Below, in pieces: positions 62,349 through 64,000 of a DNA stretch of 64,000 bases (positions are counted from its first letter, which is position 1; each line of letters opens with the position of its first letter). The DNA is from Clostridia bacterium (GTDB lineage Bacteria > Bacillota > SHA-98 > UBA4971). Below the pieces are notes generated by a model, which saw only the letters and a list, made by a program, of their open reading frames with translations, had not been told where the DNA came from and did no database searches. A program made the translations under genes and the position numbers. Location of the stretch: positions 19,756-83,755 of the forward strand of contig JBLNDA010000020.1 in NCBI GenBank assembly GCA_050261175.1, given 5' to 3'.

Positions 62349-62584
62349 GCTCGCAGGGGGCCCGCAGCCCAAGATAACCTCGGGGTGTCGTACCCCGGCC
62401 GTCATGAGGCGGCTGGCGTCTGGGAGATGCGGAGGTGTGCCGCCGGGAGGATCCCGAGTCTCGTCTCTGCGCGGCTTGGCTTCCTCAGTTCCCCCTCGAC
62501 AGCTTGTCCCGCGTCGAGCATCTTGCCGCATTCTCGTCTTGCCGCGCCACGAGTACCGAGGCGGTGTGCGACGCGGTGAACGCC

Positions 62585-63601
62585 TCAGGGGGCTGGCGCG
62601 CCATGGGAGGCACCTTTCCTGACGATGACCCGGGCCGCCATGCTGTTCCCCCATTCACCCCAGGCGCGGGGCGGCATCCCGTAAAGCAACGCAGCGAGAA
62701 AGCCGGCGTTGAACGCATCGCCAGCTCCCGTGGTATCGACGGCTTTGACCGGGCGCGCAGGGCACCTGAAGATAGCGGGTTCAAGCTCAGTCTCTTTCAG
62801 CCCGCTCACGCCAAGCACGTGGGAGGTGGCCGCCGCCGGCCCCAGCGCCACAATCGACCCGCACTGCCCCAGTTTCAGTCCGAGACACGGCGCGCGTTGC
62901 AGGATGGCTCGAATTCCGGATTCCACGGCTTCGCACCCTGAGAGAATACGCAGCTCGGGGCCGTTGGCGAGCAAGACATCGGCGGCTGCAAGCATCCGCT
63001 CGAGGACGCCGCGTGCGAGCCGGCCCGCGACCGGAGTGGGATCGAAGGCGACCATCCCTCCCGCCCTCCCCACCCTTTCAGCGGCATCCAGGCACGTCCT
63101 CGCTTGCTCACGATCCTGTAAGCTGTACCCCGAGACCAGGAGGAGCGGGGTGTTCTCGAGGGCTCGTTCCAGGCCCGACGTCATCTCCACCGGAGCAGAT
63201 GAGGCTCCGCGGTACGAGAACATGGTTCGCTCACCGCTCGAGTCAGCGAATGAAAGCACGTACCCGGTGGCCCCTTTCGAGCGGACATGCGAAGCGTCCA
63301 CGCCCGCGGCCTCGAGGTGGCGACGCAGATGACGCCCGTCCTCGTCGTCGCCCACCGTTGTAACAAGGCAACAAGAGACCCCAAGCGTTGCCAGGCCCGT
63401 GCTGGTGTTAAGCCCCGCCCCTCCGGGGTACTTCCCGGACGAACGGATCACCGCATCCCCGCCTGCCGCCGGCATTTCGTCGATCTCGCATACATGGTCG
63501 ACGAGCGCGTCGCCGAACACGATCACCGGCGGTCGTCCGTAGCGGCGCGGGATCTCAATGTCGTCCGGCCTCGCCCCAGCGTTCTGATGCTCTTCGCGCA
63601 A
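62585..63601 (-). CDS. PfkB-family carbohydrate kinase (ribokinase/ketohexokinase-like)
   Basis: 338 aa. Motifs GGAGLN and DTTGAGDAFNAGF. Confidence 0.8.
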   Translation of the reverse strand: MREEHQNAGARPDDIEIPRRYGRPPVIVFGDALVDHVCEIDEMPAAGGDAVIRSSGKYPGGAGLNTSTGLATLGVSCCLVTTVGDDEDGRHLRRHLEAAGVDASHVRSKGATGYVLSFADSSGERTMFSYRGASSAPVEMTSGLERALENTPLLLVSGYSLQDREQARTCLDAAERVGRAGGMVAFDPTPVAGRLARGVLERMLAAADVLLANGPELRILSGCEAVESGIRAILQRAPCLGLKLGQCGSIVALGPAAATSHVLGVSGLKETELEPAIFRCPARPVKAVDTTGAGDAFNAGFLAALLYGMPPRAWGEWGNSMAARVIVRKGASHGAPAP

Positions 63602-63648
63602 TCACCGGCAACCCCTTCCAGTGGTCAGCGACATCTTCTCGCTCCCGT

Positions 63649-63990
63649 TCAGAGACGAACCACACCCGCCCCGTCTTCCGCAAACCTCGGACGCGGCCCA
63701 CCGCCGCGGATGTTCGGGCTGTTGCGAGCGAGGGAGCCTTCGCACGGCCTCACTTGGTACAAGTCGTCCCCCTCCACGCTCGGCTCGGGCGGGACGCGGG
63801 AGAACGACGGAAACTTGTTCTCGAAGACCACGATTTCGTAATCTTCCGCGGGCACCTCCGTCGGGAGCGCCCCCGGACGCGTGGGGCACAGCGGGCAATA
63901 GCGGGCGTGCGGATGGTACGTGCGCTCCTGACGATGGGTGGCTGTTACCACCCACTCCGCAAGCAGCGGGTTCCAGCGAAGCTCAGACAC
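63649..63990 (-). pseudogene. galT: 5' remnant of galactose-1-phosphate uridylyltransferase (galT)
   Basis: The first ~65 aa are GalT-like (LRWNPLLAEWVVTATHRQERTYHP...CPLCP...EDYEIVVFENKFPSF). The frame then degenerates and stops 48 nt before pfkB. Confidence 0.5.
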
Positions 63991-64000
63991 TCTCCGTTCC

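Overview
This 64-kb window has very high G+C (high 60s % by eye) and is densely coded. It looks like an endospore-forming Firmicute chromosome, e.g. Symbiobacterium, Thermaerobacter or Limnochordia. The evidence is spo0A, spoIVB, an uninterrupted pro-sigmaK gene, the dpaA-dpaB-asd-dapG-dapA-rnjB block, a SleB-like lytic enzyme, NodB deacetylases and a Spo0E-like phosphatase.

Main blocks, left to right:
- A thiolase-like and DUF35 gene pair.
- An F1Fo ATP synthase operon in the order atpE-F-H-A-G-D-C, with no adjacent atpI or atpB.
- A PAS-GAF-GGDEF cyclase.
- A compositionally atypical lower-GC gene encoding a P-loop-like domain fused to a SLOG/nucleoside-deoxyribosyltransferase-like domain.
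- An M20 peptidase, an alkaline-phosphatase-superfamily membrane protein and a PHP phosphoesterase.
- A 650-bp non-coding region built from about 16 degenerate ~21-bp repeats.
- hup, rodZ and ftsK.
- Two Na/Pi-cotransporter paralogues flanking uppP.
- tepA, an ABC transporter, RNase J, the dipicolinate/lysine block and dapB.
- A Spo0E-like/YflT in-frame fusion and an M16 peptidase.
- A spore peptidoglycan-remodelling cluster: SH3b-GH18, two tandem NodB deacetylases and a SleB-like hydrolase.
- dinG, nfo, two glycosyltransferases and steB/steA-like genes next to spo0A-spoIVB.
- rsmB, a YugP-like peptidase, fmt, def and priA.
- A YqeG-like HAD phosphatase and sigK.
- A wHTH regulator with a membrane-protein partner.
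- A decayed region with ADP-ribosylglycohydrolase and galT remnants flanking a PfkB kinase.

No rRNA, tRNA, CRISPR array or transposase was found. Most ORFs listed antisense to these genes are high-GC artefacts.

The displayed sequence text has small formatting glitches (at least one 9-nt block), so coordinates I took from the text rather than the ORF track are +/-2 nt.
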